A stretch of DNA of 62,351 nucleotides, filler included, from Chiloscyllium plagiosum (taxonomy: Eukaryota), in NCBI RefSeq assembly GCF_004010195.1. It is 3 parts of one record of this genome, joined end to end, with 100 filler letters (N's around TTAATTAATTAA, not from the genome) between each part and the next. Parts side by side here need not be neighbours in the genome. Positions count along the whole stretch, not along the records: positions 1 to 30,461 come from NC_057717.1; 2 more parts are not named here. The stretch is one strand, 5' to 3'. The notes below the pieces were generated by a model. It was not told the DNA's origin. It ran no database searches and saw only the letters and a list, made by a program, of their open reading frames with translations. Made by a program: the position numbers and the translations under genes. Shown piece after piece: positions 1-13,672 of this stretch (position 1 is its first letter; every line of letters begins with the position of its first letter).

Positions 1-345
1 AGCTTCCTTCTCACGTCTGACTCACTGCACAACACTAAATCCAGGATTGCCCGTTCCCTTGTTGCCTGCACCATAAGCTGCTCCAAAAATCCATCTTGTA
101 GACATTCCACAAATTCCTTTCCTTGCAAACCACTACCAGTCTGATTTTCCCAATCCACCTGCATATCGAAATCCTGCCACTCACTGTAACTTTGCCTTTC
201 CTACATACATTTTCTATCTCCTGGTCTATCATGCGCTCCAGTTCCTGACTATGATTTAAAGGCCTCTACATTACTCCAACTATGGTTTTACACATTTGTG
301 GTTCCTCAATTCTACCCACACACATTCCACATCATCTGATCCTAC
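1..345 (-). mobile_element. Degenerate CR1 LINE fragment (ORF2 endonuclease C-terminal part)
   Basis: The minus strand reads ...EFVECLQDGFLEQLMVQATRERAILDLVLCSESD, the typical CR1 APE-endonuclease end; frameshifted. Confidence 0.8.
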
Positions 346-429
346 ATTGAGTAATAGGAACTGAGTGTAAGGACTGCAACAATCTTTAGCTTTGTCTTAA
401 ATTTATAGTTTAGACATGCAGTAAAAATA

Positions 430-1360
430 TTTCATTTTAAATTACTTTGAAATGTCGCCACAGTGTGTTTCTTTGGCCAAATATTCTGTATTAGGGAAGA
501 ATACAAACTGTTGAAACTGTTGGAGAACGAAGATATGAAGAGGACATGAGTCTATAAAGAGATATAGTTTGGGCCATGTGAACAGGCAAATATTGGTGTA
601 TGGAACACAGTAGGAAAAATGTGTCTGTGCTAAAGATATTGACGGGTTGAATGGAAACGTAATGTATTATTTCAGTGGCGAGATTGGCTTTAGGCACAGA
701 GGAACCAGGCACCTGGGTTACAAAATAAAAACTTTACGTGTACATCAAACGTTTAAGGTGCTAAGATAAATGTTGAAACTTTCTGAAACAGAATACATTT
801 AAAAGTAGTGGCGATTTTCTACAGATCTACAAGGTAATTGTGTTAGCACATCGAGAGAGCGATGGCCACAATGATATGAAATGCAATCCATAGAAGATTC
901 ACTCAGCTGACTCCTGGGAGGAGCGTATATTTGTGGAGGAAACCTTGAATTGACTGGCCTTGGATCTGCTGGGCTTTCGGCGAACAACATGTGATCTTGT
1001 TTAACCCCAGAATATTCCAAGTAGTCTTTCAAGTTGAATTCTGAAACAATGTTTCAGCTTGTATGATAGATTAACATGATTGGATGGATTATAAAACTGA
1101 AGAATGTCTCTGTTAAGAAGTTGATGATTTGGTGTAATCATCTCATTGTGTTGTGTCTTTGTGGAATTCTCTTCCCAGATAGCGTTGGAGAATAAGACAT
1201 TGAATATTCCTAAAGCAGAGGCAGGCAGACTATTGACTAAGAATGACGCACTAACATTGTAAGAGCAATGGAGGAATGTGTGATTGAGGTCACAATCAGA
1301 TCATCCACGACCTTATCTAATGACGGAGCTGTTTTGATTCCTTACTCCTGATGCTAGTTT
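430..1360 (+). mobile_element. Old, highly degenerate CR1 3' portion (RT C-terminus to 3' UTR)
   Basis: Patchy similarity to the better-preserved CR1 copies in this window (e.g. 'gtggaattctcttcccag', 'agaagattcactcagctgactcctggga'); no ORF. Confidence 0.55.
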
Positions 1361-2479
1361 CTACATTTCAAAGACAGTGACAAGCTCATCTGATCAATAA
1401 AGTGTCCTCGTTGTTCAATACTTATTAGAAAATCGGATTGTCTTATTAGTTCATTTCGGATTTTAATGGAGCTAGACCAGCATTAATTGCCCTTGAGAAG
1501 TTCCAGTCCAGTTGACGTTGGTCCATCCAAGTGGCTGTTGAGAGAGAGTACCAGCAGTGCATCTCATGTGCCGGTTTAACTGGGAGTAAATATTACTGGT
1601 GATGGATGGAGTGTTAAACCAGACACAGCGCTGTGAGGAACAGCTCACAGGATAACAGACTCTTTGTCAATACAAATATATGGGAAGGAATTTATTAGTC
1701 TTCAGAGAAATAACAACCTTACTCGAGAAGGGTCTATAATAATGAAACGAAGTCTGTTTCTGTGTTATTGGTGAACTTAAAATAATGGTGACAAACAGCT
1801 GGAATAATGTTGATGCTGTTCTTGGACGATTCTTGCACTGAGCATGTGAATTATCCTGGATGATTTCAGACATGGCTGGGCTGACCTAGGTTGAGCAAAT
1901 GCTCATACTCCATGGGTTGATGCTTGTTTGTAATCTCGCCACTGACTGAGCACAGTTCGATTTAACAAACCAACAAGTCCAATTTGCTGCTGCTTCAGAA
2001 TATACCAAAGCTTTCATGGCTGCCACTAATGGAATCGTGTAATAAAGACAAAGCCCAACGCGTCTGCACCACCCAGTGCTGATACAAGTGCTTTATAATG
2101 TTTATGAGGTTACCTTCCTGAACCATCCTCCCAGGCAATACACAGATTTCACCAACCCTGTCTTAGTATCTTCTCTTTCACTTCAAACGTATTTCCTCTT
2201 GTTTTTGACCCTTTAGCTAAGGGGGATAGTTGTTATCTCTTCAGTCGTCCCATACCTCTCATGCTGTAATACACTTCTGTCAGGTTCACCTCTCACTCTT
2301 CTCTAATGCAACGGATCTTCATGGTTTGACTTCTCTCTTGTTTTGTTACATCTTCCAAAGTGCAGCATCGCACATATTTCAGAGTTACCGTTTATCAGTC
2401 ATTGATCTGACCATCTGACAATCCGTTTGTACCCTCTTGTAAACAACACATTCTGTTTGTAATTTTTATCTGTTTGTAA

Positions 2480-3122
2480 TTTTTATTAATGACTTGGATG
2501 AGGNNNNNNNNNNNNNNNNNNNNNNNNNNNNNNNNNNNNNNNNNNNNNNNNNNNNNNNNNNNNNNNNNNNNNNNNNNNNNNNNNNNNNNNNNNNNNNNNN
2601 NNNNNNNNNNNNNNNNNNNNNNNNNNNNAGTACTGTGTGCAGTTCTGGTCGCCTCACTTTAGGAAAGATGTGGAAGCTTTGGAGAGGGTGCAGAGAAGAT
2701 TTACCAGGATGTTGCCTGGAATGGAGAATAGGTCGTACGAGGATAGGTTGAGAGTGCTAGGCCTTTTCTCGTTGGAACGGTGAAGGATGAGGGGTGACTT
2801 GATAGAGGTTTATAAGATGATCAGAGGACTAGATAGAGTAGACAGTCAGAAAATTTTCCCCCGGGTACTACAGAGTGTTACAAGAGGACATAAATTTAAG
2901 GTGAAGGGTGGAAGGTATAGGGGAGATGTCAGGCGTGGGTTCTTTACCCAGAGACTGGTGGGGGCACGGAAAGCGCTGCCTGTGGGAGTGGTAGAGTCAG
3001 AATCTTTGGTGACCTTTAAGCGGCAATTGGATAGGTACATGGATGGGTGCTTAAGCTAGGACAAATGTTCGGCACAATATCGTGGGCTGAAGGGCCTGTT
3101 CTGTATTGTTCTATGTTCTATG
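2480..3122 (+). mobile_element. Younger CR1 LINE 3' end, interrupted by an N-gap
   Basis: Shows 'attaatgacttggatgag' (INDLDE) before the gap. ORF 2787-3059 reads MRGDLIEVYKMIRGLDRVD...FFTQR. The 3' UTR 'gggctgaagggcctgtt' and a GTTCTAT tail follow. Confidence 0.92.
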
Positions 3123-4789
3123 ATCACTGTGACCCACCCGGCTAATCATTGTGTCATCTACAACATGGTTCATCATCCTCCAATATCCCCTACATATCCC
3201 ACATTCTTATCATCAACATTTAAGAATTTCAGAAACAAACCTTGAGTTTCTGACTGTTCTACAGATGTTGTTGCAGAATTGGGAATTCCAGTCTCTTGTT
3301 TTTTCTATTTTGGTGAATTTACAGCATGAATCAGCTGTGGTCTTTTCTGAGGGAGCCACAAATATTATTTTGGATATGGAGCTGAATTCTGCTTTTATAC
3401 TCCGCCCCTCCGTATGTATTATTCATATGGCTTGGACATCATTAAACTTTGACTAACTTTTGGCACCTTGCCCTGCAATATTTCCATTTTACGTGGGCCT
3501 GCAGCTTATTGTTTACAACATTCACTGCAATAATCAGAGATGAAAGAACTTTTTAATCTGCAGGATGGACACAGACTCATTCATTAATTTTGTTTGAAAG
3601 AGCTAGAGCAATGATGACAAAGATAGAATTAAATTCTGGATTATAAACACAATATAGAAGATCAATTCGCGTTCTTTTTTCTACGTTAAATTGGAAGCAA
3701 ATTAAAAGAACAAATACCCACCATTCTGAATATTGTTTAAAACGTGATGTCATGTTGAAATAATGCATTAAGGAAGACCATGCATCAATTTTCTTTTGAA
3801 TATTGCGAGGACATTGTTCAACCAAACAGTGTTCTTGTCTTTTGCACCTTATTCTTTCAACTGATCTGCCCGTGTAATTTGAGGCGAGATCAGAGTGACT
3901 TCCCTTTCAATCGAAGCAGGACTTGACTGAGGGTGGAATCTAGGACCCTGAGCAAAACTGTTATTAATGGGAATTAGAGAACATTCTGCACTGGGAATAG
4001 GAGCAATAGAAAAAAAAAACAGTCTCTGCAAGGTATCTTCAAAACTGCAGGGCATCCTGACTAGGGTCTAATTTTCCTGTTCCTTCACAAGTATTTGTTA
4101 AAAATCTTGGAATGCCCCTACAAACAGCTCTGTCTGGATTTGCATCACTTTGGATTGAGGAGTAAAAACAGGGCAACTCTGGGTCACTTATTCCAGAGTC
4201 AAAGGGGATGACAAATAAACTCTGCCCTTGCTAGTGCCTTCCAAAACCCTGGATGAATATGTCCTGTTAAAAATACAAAGATATTTTATGTTTTAATCGT
4301 TGTATGTAAAGTCTCGGAAAGGTAAGACCTTGCTGGATGAGTATGATGCAAGTGACATCAGGAGCATGATAACACATTGATAACAATTGGGATCAATACT
4401 TCAATCAGTTACTTCCAGAGGTTTGATCATGACCTCAACATTTTCCTAATACATTATGACAGTGGCAATAAATTATCTGTATTTGGGGAGCTGTCAGGCA
4501 CATTTTTTTCATTTTTCATTCAAAAACCATAAAAATATTATTGAGCGTCAACAGAAATGGCAGCTTCACTGTTCCCTTTCAGAACAGACAAATATCCACT
4601 GTCCAAAAGAGTAACTAAATTGAAAGTGCAGGAAAACATTTGCAGGTTCTGAGCAAAGAGAAACACAATTAACTTTTTGAGTCCAATATGAGATTTTCAG
4701 AAGAGGATCATATAAGACTCAATATGCTGCTTCTGTATCTACCTCCAGATCCTGACTCATCTGTGGTGTTTTGTCACTGTTTACTGTTT

Positions 4790-7560
4790 AGAACACAGAA
4801 CATAGAACAGTACAGCACAGCACAGGCCCTTCAGCCCACGATGTTGTGCCGACCATTGATCCTCATGTGAAGTACACCTAATGTATGAACTCTCAAATGT
4901 CTGTGACCATATACATGTCCAGCAGTCTCTTAAATATCCCCAATAACATCGCTTCCACAACTGCTGATGGCAACGCATTCCATGCTCTCACAATTCTCTG
5001 CGTAAAGAACCCGCCTCTGACATCCGCTCTATACTTTCCGCCAAATAATTAAAACTATGAACCCTCATGTTGACAATTTCTACCCTGGGAAACGGTTTCT
5101 GGCTATTAACTATATCTGTGCCTCTCATTATCTTGTACACTTCAATTAGGTCCCCTCTCTTCCTTTTTTTCCAACAAAAGAAGTCCGAGCTCAGTCAACC
5201 TCTCTTCGTAAGATAAGCCCTCCATTCCAGGCAGCATCCTGGTAAACCTCCTCTGAACCCTCGCCAAAGCATCCACATCTTTCCTATAATAGGGCGACCA
5301 GAAGTGGACACAGTATTCCACGTGAGGTCTGACCAAAGTTTTATAGAGCTGCAACAAAATCTCACGACTCTTAAACTCAATCCCCCTGTTAATGAAAGCC
5401 AAAGCATCATATGCTTTCTTAACAGCCCTGTCCACCTGGGTGGAAATTTTAAGGGATATATGTACCTGCGCACCAAGATCCCGCTGTTCCTCCATACTAC
5501 CAAGAATCCTGCCTTTAATCCTGTACTCAACTTTCAAGTTCGACCTTCCAAAATTCATAACCTCACATTTATCCAGTTTTAATTCCATCTCCCAACTTTC
5601 AGCCCATCTCTGCATCCTGGCAATGTCACGCTGCAGCCTACAACAGGCCTGTATACTATCACCGACACCTCCAACCTTTGTGTCGTCTGAAAACTTGCTA
5701 AACCATTCTTCAATCTCCTCATCCAAGTCATTAATAAAAAAATACAAATAGAGAGGCCCGAAAAACAGAGCCCTGTGGAACACCACTCACCACTGATCTA
5801 CAGGCAGAATATTTTCCTTCCACTACTACTCGCTGTCTTCTATCGACAAGCCAATTCTGTATCCAGACAGCTAAATGTTCCGTTATCCCATTCCTCCTGA
5901 CCTTTTGAACGAGCCTACCATGGGGAACCTTATCAAATGCCTTACTGAAGTCCAGATACACAACATCCACCGCTCGATCCTCATCAACTTGTCTAGTAAC
6001 ATACTCAAAGAATACAATAAGATTTGTGAGGCATGACCTGCCCCTCACAAAGCCGTGCTGACTGCCTTTAATCAAGCCATGCTCTTCCTGATGGTCATAA
6101 ATCCTATCCCTCAGAATCCTTTCTAACAGCTTGCAGACGACAGACGTGAGACTGACTGGTCTAATTTCCGGGGATTTCCCTATTTCCTTTCTTGAAGAGA
6201 GGAATTACATTTGTCTCCCTCCAGTCCTCTAGAATGAATCCTGTGGAGAGTGAGGATATAAAGATCTTTGCAAGCGGCGAAGCAATCACATTTCTCGCTT
6301 CCCAAAGCAACCGAGGACAAATCTGGTCTGCCCTGGCGATTTGTTAATATTAATGTTTGTCAAAATTTTCAACAATCAGCTTCCTCAATCTATCTGTTGC
6401 AGCATGCTTACCTGCTCCTCAACGGTTTCATTCACTGCAAGGTCGTTTCCTTTCGTAAAGACAGAAGCAAAAAACTCACCTCCTCAGACTCTATACACAA
6501 GTTCCCTATGCTATCCCTGATCGGCTCTACTCTTTATTTGATCATTCTCTTATTCCTCACATAGGTGCAAAATGCCTTTAGATTCTCCATAATCATTCCT
6601 GCCAAGTCTTTTTCCTGCCCTCTCCTGGCTCTCCTCAGACCATTCTTGAGCTCCTTCCTCGCCTGCCTGTCATCGTCTAGAGCTGAGCAAGACCCTTGCT
6701 TCCTCCACCTTACGTAAGCTGTCTTCTTTCTTTTAACGAGAAGCTCCACCGCACTCGTCATCCAAGGTTCCTTTATCTTACCCCTTCTTGCCTGTCTCAG
6801 AGGAACACATTTATGCATCACTCGCAACACCTGTTCCTTCAACCGTCTCCACATGTCTATAGTGTCCTTTCCATGGAACAATTGCTCCCGGTCCATGCTT
6901 CGCAACGCAGTCTGATAGTATAATAGTTTCCTTTTCCCCAACTAAATATCGTCCCATTGTGCTTGCTTCTCTCCTTCTCCATAGCTATGTAGAATGTGAG
7001 GCAGTTGTGGTCACTACCACTAAAATTCTGTCCCACCACAAGATCTGACACCTGCCCCAGCTCATTGCCGAGCACCAAATCTAAAATGTCCTCTCCCCTC
7101 ATCGTCCTGTCAACGGACTGAGTTAGGAAACCCTCCTGAACAGACCTTCAAAAAACAGCTCATTCCAAACCATCTGCTGGAAGAAGGTTCCAATCAATAT
7201 TGGGAAAGATAGTCACCCATTACAACTTCCCTATTCCATTCACACTTTTCCAAAATCTGCCAACTTATGCTTTCTTCAATCTCCCTGCTTCTATTGGGGG
7301 GCCTGTAATTATCCGCTAATGAGGTGATTGCTGCTTTAATGTTCCTAATTTCCACACATGCTGACTCAGTAGGCGGACCCTCCTCGATAATGGTAACTTC
7401 TGTAGCTGTGATACCCTCTCTGATGAGCAGTGCTACACGCCCTCCTCTTTTTACCTCCTCCCTATTATTTTTAAAAGTTCTAATCCCTGGAACATCCAGC
7501 AACCATTCCTGCCCCTGAGAAACCCATGTCTCTGTTATGGCCACAACATCATAGCGCTAA
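4790..7560 (-). mobile_element. 5'-truncated CR1 LINE, ORF2 (endonuclease + reverse transcriptase) pseudogene
   Basis: ORF pieces AITETW...GGRVALL, LDLVLGNE, QHGFVRGRSCLTNL...YLDFSKAFDKVPH, SGVPQGS, FINDLD...FSDDTK, LVRPHVEYCVHFWSP; multiple stops and frameshifts; 3' tail at 4790-4820. Confidence 0.95.
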
Positions 7561-7609
7561 GCTCATCACTTGTATTCACGTTTTCCCCAGTATTACCTAG
7601 GCACAGTGA

Positions 7610-7950
7610 CTCCGTTTTGGGGGAGGGGCGGGGAGGGGAGTATGGTGTCTCAGTGGTTAGCACGGCTGTCTCACAGTACCATGGACCCTGTTTATGGGGA
7701 GGCGGAGGGGGCATGGTGACTCATTGGTTACCACGGCTGTTTCACAGTACCAGGGATACCGTTTGGGGGCGGGGGTGTGGGGCATGTTGTCTCGGTAGTT
7801 AGCACGGCTGTCTCACAGTACCATGGACCCTGTTTATGGGGAGGCGGTCGGGTTAGCCATGGGAAATGCAGGAGTAGGGCATGAGGTGGGTCTGGGAGCA
7901 ATGCTTTTCAGAGGGTCAGTGTGGATTCGAAGGGCCTCTGTCCCATTTAT
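7610..7950 (+). mobile_element. tRNA-derived SINE with three tandem ~70-bp copies of its head and a truncated body
   Basis: Three repeats of ATGGTG.CTCA.TGGTTAGCACGGCTGTCTCACAGTACCA.GGA (A-box-like) joined by G-runs, followed by the SINE 3' part 'ggtgggtctgggagcaatgc...gaagggcctctgt'. Confidence 0.8.
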
Positions 7951-9479
7951 TAAGGAAAAATATGTTATATCAAACAATGGAAGATACTGGAGCCTGAACC
8001 AAAAAGAAACAGAGTGCAGGGGAAATGGAGCAGGTTTGGCAGCCTGTGTCGAGAGAAAAACAAAGTTAACATTTTGAGTCCACTGACCATGTATCAGATC
8101 TGAAAGCAGCTGGGAATTAATGTAATGTGTGTTGGTGAGGTGAGATAAATATACGGGGAAATAGAGAGATAGAATACATAAACAAAGGGATTATTGATAG
8201 TCACCTGGGATGGAAATAAAATGTGACATTATTTTAATTTATTTTTCACCTCCTCCCATATTTCTGAGTTTCATGCATTTGTGGGCACATATGCACGTCC
8301 CTGTTTGAAGTGAGTTATGTCCCCTCGATCTCTTTCCTCAGCGTGGCCATCTTCTTTCCTTTATGAATGGGACATGTTTGATGTTGTCTGCGCCAGAGTT
8401 TATTTCTCTTTCCTATTTGCTCTTGATAAGCTGTTGGGGAACTGTCTTTCAGAACCACTGTACTTTGATGTGCTGTCGGCTGCCAGTTTTCAGGTCCATC
8501 TGGTTTCACTTCTTTGAGATCTTGTAGTGAATGGTTGACTTGGCCACTTCAATGGGTATTTGAGAATCTACCTTTGCTGAGGGTCTGGAGTAACATGTAG
8601 GTCAAACCAGTGACGGTAGCAAGTTTCCTTCCCTGAGGGATACTAGTGAGCCAGGGGTTTTTAGTTTTAACAATCATCAATCTTTTATTAGATTGTTACA
8701 TCCAAATAATTTATTGAATTCAAATTCTACCTTCCGCTATAGGGAGATTGAAGGTTCCTGGGTCCCTGGATTTATTGTCTAGAGAAAATAACACGAGACC
8801 ATCACCTCCCCAACAATTCCATCAGAAATAGCAGTGTTGCTATTATCATGACAGATAAAGAAAATTGTGCAGTTACATTGTCAAATACTTCCATGGAGAA
8901 CAAAGCTGTTAATATTTCAGGTGACAGCGGCTATGCAGAAATCCTAAGAATTTTCAGCCCAGAATAGAAACTGAAGCGAAAATAATTTTTAACATTGAGT
9001 GGATGTGCCTGTCTACAACGTTTTGACATGTTCCTGTCGTGGAAGTCAGTGGAGGTTCTGTGGATGATATTCTCGGATTTGTGGTGTCAGCTGCTGCGAT
9101 CATTCAGGGAGATTCGAGTGTCTAGTGTTCCCACTCTGGACAAGGTGTGGGCATTGCATTTATAGAGTGTCTGGGTCTACAGGGAGGAGCAGGACACTGC
9201 ACTATCTTTTCTGAAATTTCTACATATATTTCCCAATGACATACTTTTCTAGATGCAAAGTGTGAACCCAGTTTATTTCAACAATGTGGAAGTCACAGAG
9301 CTGTGAACCTCCTTCAGCATATCCAAAAGTCTCACACCAGGGAGAGGACTGTACTCACAATCTCCAACAATGGTTTTGCTCTGGAACATTCCAGGCAGGA
9401 GTGGGTGACATACCCATTATGCCAGAGTGCCATCCTCTCGTGTATACATGAGGTGACAGAGGCTATGTCTGTCTGGCGA

Positions 9480-10690
9480 GGTAAATATGTTGGTTCTGTC
9501 TCCACCGAGGAAGCAACAGAAAAACCTCCTGAAATTTAAGGAGCAGAGTGACTGGGGAAAATGAGGACCTGCAAGAAATTAGAATTATTAAAGTGGAAAT
9601 ACTGGGGAAAAAACTCATTGTATTGAGGTTTCTGGACCAGATGAGTGATGAATTAAGAGGGTCACAGATTTAGGGCTGGAGAATTGAGTTTGCTGGATAG
9701 ATCTGTCCGGAGCCGGAACGGACACAATGGGTCAGTGGTTTCCTTCTGTACTGTCAATTCCATAACTCTATGAGGGAGGTCAAAGTTGGTCAAAGCGCTT
9801 TATATTATGGAAAGGGACCTGCAGATTTGAAAGTAGCTACTGTTATCGTAAATACTTAAAACAGGCGAGAGAGAGAGAGACAGAGAGAGAGAGGACCAAT
9901 AGATTATCAACTGATTGATAAATTGATGTCAGTTATGAGGAAAATATTAGATTTTTTTGTCAATTAATAACAACTAGATCTTTGGAGAATAATGATATGA
10001 TTTGCAAAGTCAGCCTAGATTCAGGGAAGGGAAAATCGTTTTTGATAAACTATTAGGAGTTTTTGGAGGATGTAGATTGTGACATCGACAAATGAGAACC
10101 AATGGAAATGATGTTTTTGTTTTTTCAGAAGGCATTTGAATGGTGAGCGAAGAACATTAGAGTCCTTCTGTAAGGGGTGAATATACTAATTGGATTGAGA
10201 ATTGGATATTGGGGAGAATACAGAGAGTAAAGTCCTGCTCTGAACTGAAGGTCATTGCTCATAGGGTATCAAATGTATCAGTTCTTGGAACACAGCTGTT
10301 CACAAGGCAAAAAAGTAATTTGAATGTGAGCAACAAATGCAATCATTTCCATTTTGTATTGGTGAGAAGATGAGAGGTGGGAACTGCAGTTGTTAAAAGG
10401 CAAGTAATCAGGACAGTGAATGGTATGTTGTCATTCATTACAAAATTATTCAAGTAAAGAAGTAAAGACATCTTCCTGCAGTTGTAGAGTGTTGCTGGGA
10501 CAGTATCTGGGGCACTGTTGGCAGATTTTCTCTCCTTTGTAAGGAACGATTTTGTTGCGATCGAGAGTGCAAAGGAGTTTCACTAGACTAATTCCTGGAT
10601 GATAAAGCGAGTATAAAGGAAATGAGTGTTTAATCTGTAGCACTGCAAGATAATAGCAGGTGATTACATTTAAACTTGAGGATTATGGAC
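9480..10690 (+). mobile_element. Old degenerate CR1 ORF2 fragments, including a (GA)n microsatellite at 9866-9892
   Basis: Residual motifs 'ttttcagaaggcatttga' (FQKAFD) and 'cagtatctggggcactgttggcagatttt'; inverted copy at 22190-23400. Confidence 0.65.
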
Positions 10691-11329
10691 TAACACTCAT
10701 TATGTCAAGAAAAATTGCGAAAAATTGAATTTTCCACATGATACATTTTTCCCAATATTTCACGTACCTGTGTCGAATCTCCATTTGGTTGAAATAGAGT
10801 ATTTTGCTCAGCGTCTCAGTGTGCAGTTGTGTGCGCCCCTGCACTGTTCATAAGTCTGTCAGTAGGCACAATGCCTTATTCCTGAAAGAATTAGCCATTC
10901 CCACCAGCTTCTGACATCCACAGGAACGCCAGTCTGTCTTCTCAGAGACAGAAGGTATTTTCTTGAAACTTTGCACAAACCATCCATTTTCCATCCTCAC
11001 CTTCAGCAAACCACATTAAAGTGGCACGTGTCTACCACAATCAATAGACCCAAGAGGAACAACATGCAGCAGTCTATCTGTGGGGTATCAGTAACATCCT
11101 CCTATTTCTGAATAAGTAGCTTTGCCTCTTCCTGGTCATATGGAAGTGGCTCAAGGACCTGACTTAGCGAGTCCTGGTTCCTCTTTAACCTCGATGTGCA
11201 GACTACACTCTTTCCCTACTTGTGTAATAGACAGAAAGGACTGAATGGGCTTATCCAATAGATTCAATGGGTTGAATGGCGTCCTTATATTCCGTTGAAA
11301 CCAGCGTGAGGTGCTGAATGAGCTCCTCA

Positions 11330-11790
11330 TGTTTAACTGTGGAGATGAGCAATGTCTAGCAGGACTGTTACATGAATATTACCTACAGCACAGTTTAAAT
11401 GCTATCCAGGTCTTGCTGCATGTGGACACAGACTGCTTCAGTGGCAGAGAGGTGACAACTTATTCTGAACATTATGTGATCTTCAGAGAACATCTCCCAC
11501 TTCTGACTGTATGCTCTGGGAAAGATGTTGAAGCAGCTGAAGAAAACTACCTAGAGGATGCCTGCAGAGATGTCCTGTGGGCTGAGATGGTTGATCCTCA
11601 CCAAACACAAACATCTGCCCTTGTGTTCTGAATGGCCTCTAACCAGTGGGGAGTTTGCACATCATTCCCATTACATTCTTTTCTGTTCGGGTTCCTTGAT
11701 ACCATCCTCAGTTAAATCCTGCTTTGATATCAAGGCCTGTCACTCTTACCATGTGTTCATATTTTGATTCATGTCAATAGGTCATGGTGT
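11330..11790 (-). mobile_element. Degenerate LINE RT fragment (second CR1/L2-group family)
   Basis: The minus strand shows 'gaagcagtctgtgtccacatgcagcaagacctggatagcattta' (MQQDLDSI-type motif). Paralogues lie at 20790-21240 and 46760-47200. Confidence 0.6.
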
Positions 11791-12314
11791 ATGTGCACGG
11801 AGTGTTTCCTTCTCGCAGAGGGTAGTGACTGTCGGGACTTCTCTAACCCAGAGGTAAGGGAGATGGATCACTGAGAAGTTTGGGAGGGTGGGGTGCACAA
11901 TGGATATTTGACGCATCAGAGAGTTGAGAGCTGCAGAAATTGGGCACAAAAGAGGAGTAGAGACATTGAGCAGATCAGTCATGATTTTATTGAAGGAAAA
12001 GACTGGCTTAAAGGGCTGAATGACGTATTTGTGTTTCTGTTGTTCTCGCATTCGGTTATTGGAAAGTTATTTTCATGGAAATCCTGTTATTGAAGATTGG
12101 AGTCATAGAGACCAGATGCTTTTGTGAGCCACCTCTGGGTGAGGTATGGGAGCTGTACACATAATGAATCTGGGTCTGCAACACAACCAACAAATGAACA
12201 CAGTTCTGTAAAGAGAGAGGAGTAGGATGTTTCACACTGGCACCGACTCTTTCTTTTCCCAAGAATATTTTCCAACACTATACCAAACTGTGTGTGATAG
12301 TCTTCAGGCACTAA

Positions 12315-12531
12315 GAAAAAGTGAGGACTGCAGATCCTGGAGATCAGAGTCGAAAGTGTAATGCTGGAAAAGCACAGCAGGCGAGGCAGCATCCGAGGAG
12401 CAAGAAAATCGACATTTCGGGAATAAGTCCTTTGTCAGGAATCCTGATGAACAGTCTATGCCCAAAACGTCGATTCTCCTGCTCCTTGAATGCTGTCTGA
12501 CCTGCTGTGCTTTTCCAGCACTGCACTATCG
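12315..12531. mobile_element. Penelope-derived palindromic non-autonomous element
   Basis: Inverted arms 'gctggaaaagcacagcagg...cgacatttcggg...tcagga' / 'tcctgatga...cccaaaacgtcg...cctgctgtgcttttccagc' centred at 12441. Same family as 43581-43781 and 60860-60920. Confidence 0.85.
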
Positions 12532-13672
12532 TGTCCTCAGGCTCTGAATGGTCTGCTCTGTTTCTGAGTATTAAAGTAAATAATCTCCAAATGCTCCTGT
12601 CTGGCAGGTTTGAGGAGTTTAATGGAACATAGTGACGTTGTACTGAGAAGCAGGATTGGGTAATCAGACACTTTGATTCTTCTCCAGCAGACAGTAAGAT
12701 TGTAGCTGATCAGTTTGTGGTCTCAGCCCCAATTTCCTATCTGTAGGTCATAGTCCTTTACTGTCCAATATCTAATTAACAGCCGACTAAACGCAAACAC
12801 ACAGGCATCACAAACCTCCGGGGAAGAGCATTTCCACTCAAACAGTCCTTTGTGAATTTCTCCTCATCCATGCTCAGACTGCGGTTAGAGGGGTCGCTGT
12901 TTTATTTTCTTGTGCCGCTCCTCCACTGGTCATTATACATTTTAAATGTGACCAGGTTGTTGTTATGGCCAATGATATCGGTCTCAGACTAAGTCACCTT
13001 CTTTGTGAGGGACAAGTCAGTTCGATATCTCACATTTGCAAAAGTAATTCACAAAATCAAAGATACTCAAAGTCAGATGGAAAGATATATGACAAGCAGT
13101 TTGGACAGATATGTACATTAATGTTTATCTTTAAATGCATACACCAACACACTTTGTGCATACACACAGACAGATGCACAGGTGCACACAGACACACCCA
13201 TACACATGCCTGAAGACAGACAGAAAAAAAGCTCTGCAGAATACCAGCTCGAAAGAGCTTTACAAGAAATAGCTAAATTCAAGACAAAAAGGAAAAACAA
13301 AATAAATGGTATTCTGCCTCTGAGGTTATTCTACTCACACAAGCTGTTGGCAATCGGATTCCTTACTGTGACATTTGGAGTGGGCTGAATTCCCTTTGCT
13401 TCAGGCAATGTGGAGGTTCCAATGAATCCTCAACAGGAATTCGTCAAGAATGATAAAGATGACTGATAGGTTTTCACCTCTCATACGTTGCTGTGAGAAG
13501 GAAGAAGGAAAGAGAGGGAGCAAAAAGCTGTGGCTTCTCAAGCAGGTTGCATTCTCTAGACCTTTGAGCTGAAATATGTAATAATGTTATCTGACCACCA
13601 TATTGGATCATGTGAAGCCTCCTTGAACTCCATCCCTGTAACCTGCTCCCTGTAGCAGCAAATTATAAAGTA

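Noticed and set aside
458..500. CACAGTG heptamers (also 7602, 30293, 32739, 61661) as V(D)J recombination signals
   Set aside because: No ACAAAAACC-like nonamer at 12 or 22/23 bp spacing, and no Ig/TCR segments.
799..1032. 77-aa minus-strand ORF
   Set aside because: Antisense to a degenerate CR1 remnant; no domain.
3151..3456. 101-aa ORF open in both palindrome arms (also 29968-30273)
   Set aside because: GTG start, no recognisable domain and about 10 amino-acid changes between arms. At ~95% DNA identity, a shared open frame is expected by descent.
4262..4327. KIFYVLIVVCKVSE followed by AG|GTAAGA, faintly like a GPCR first exon
   Set aside because: No in-frame ATG, lacks the GVP motif, wrong exit phase and directly abuts a LINE tail; too weak to call.
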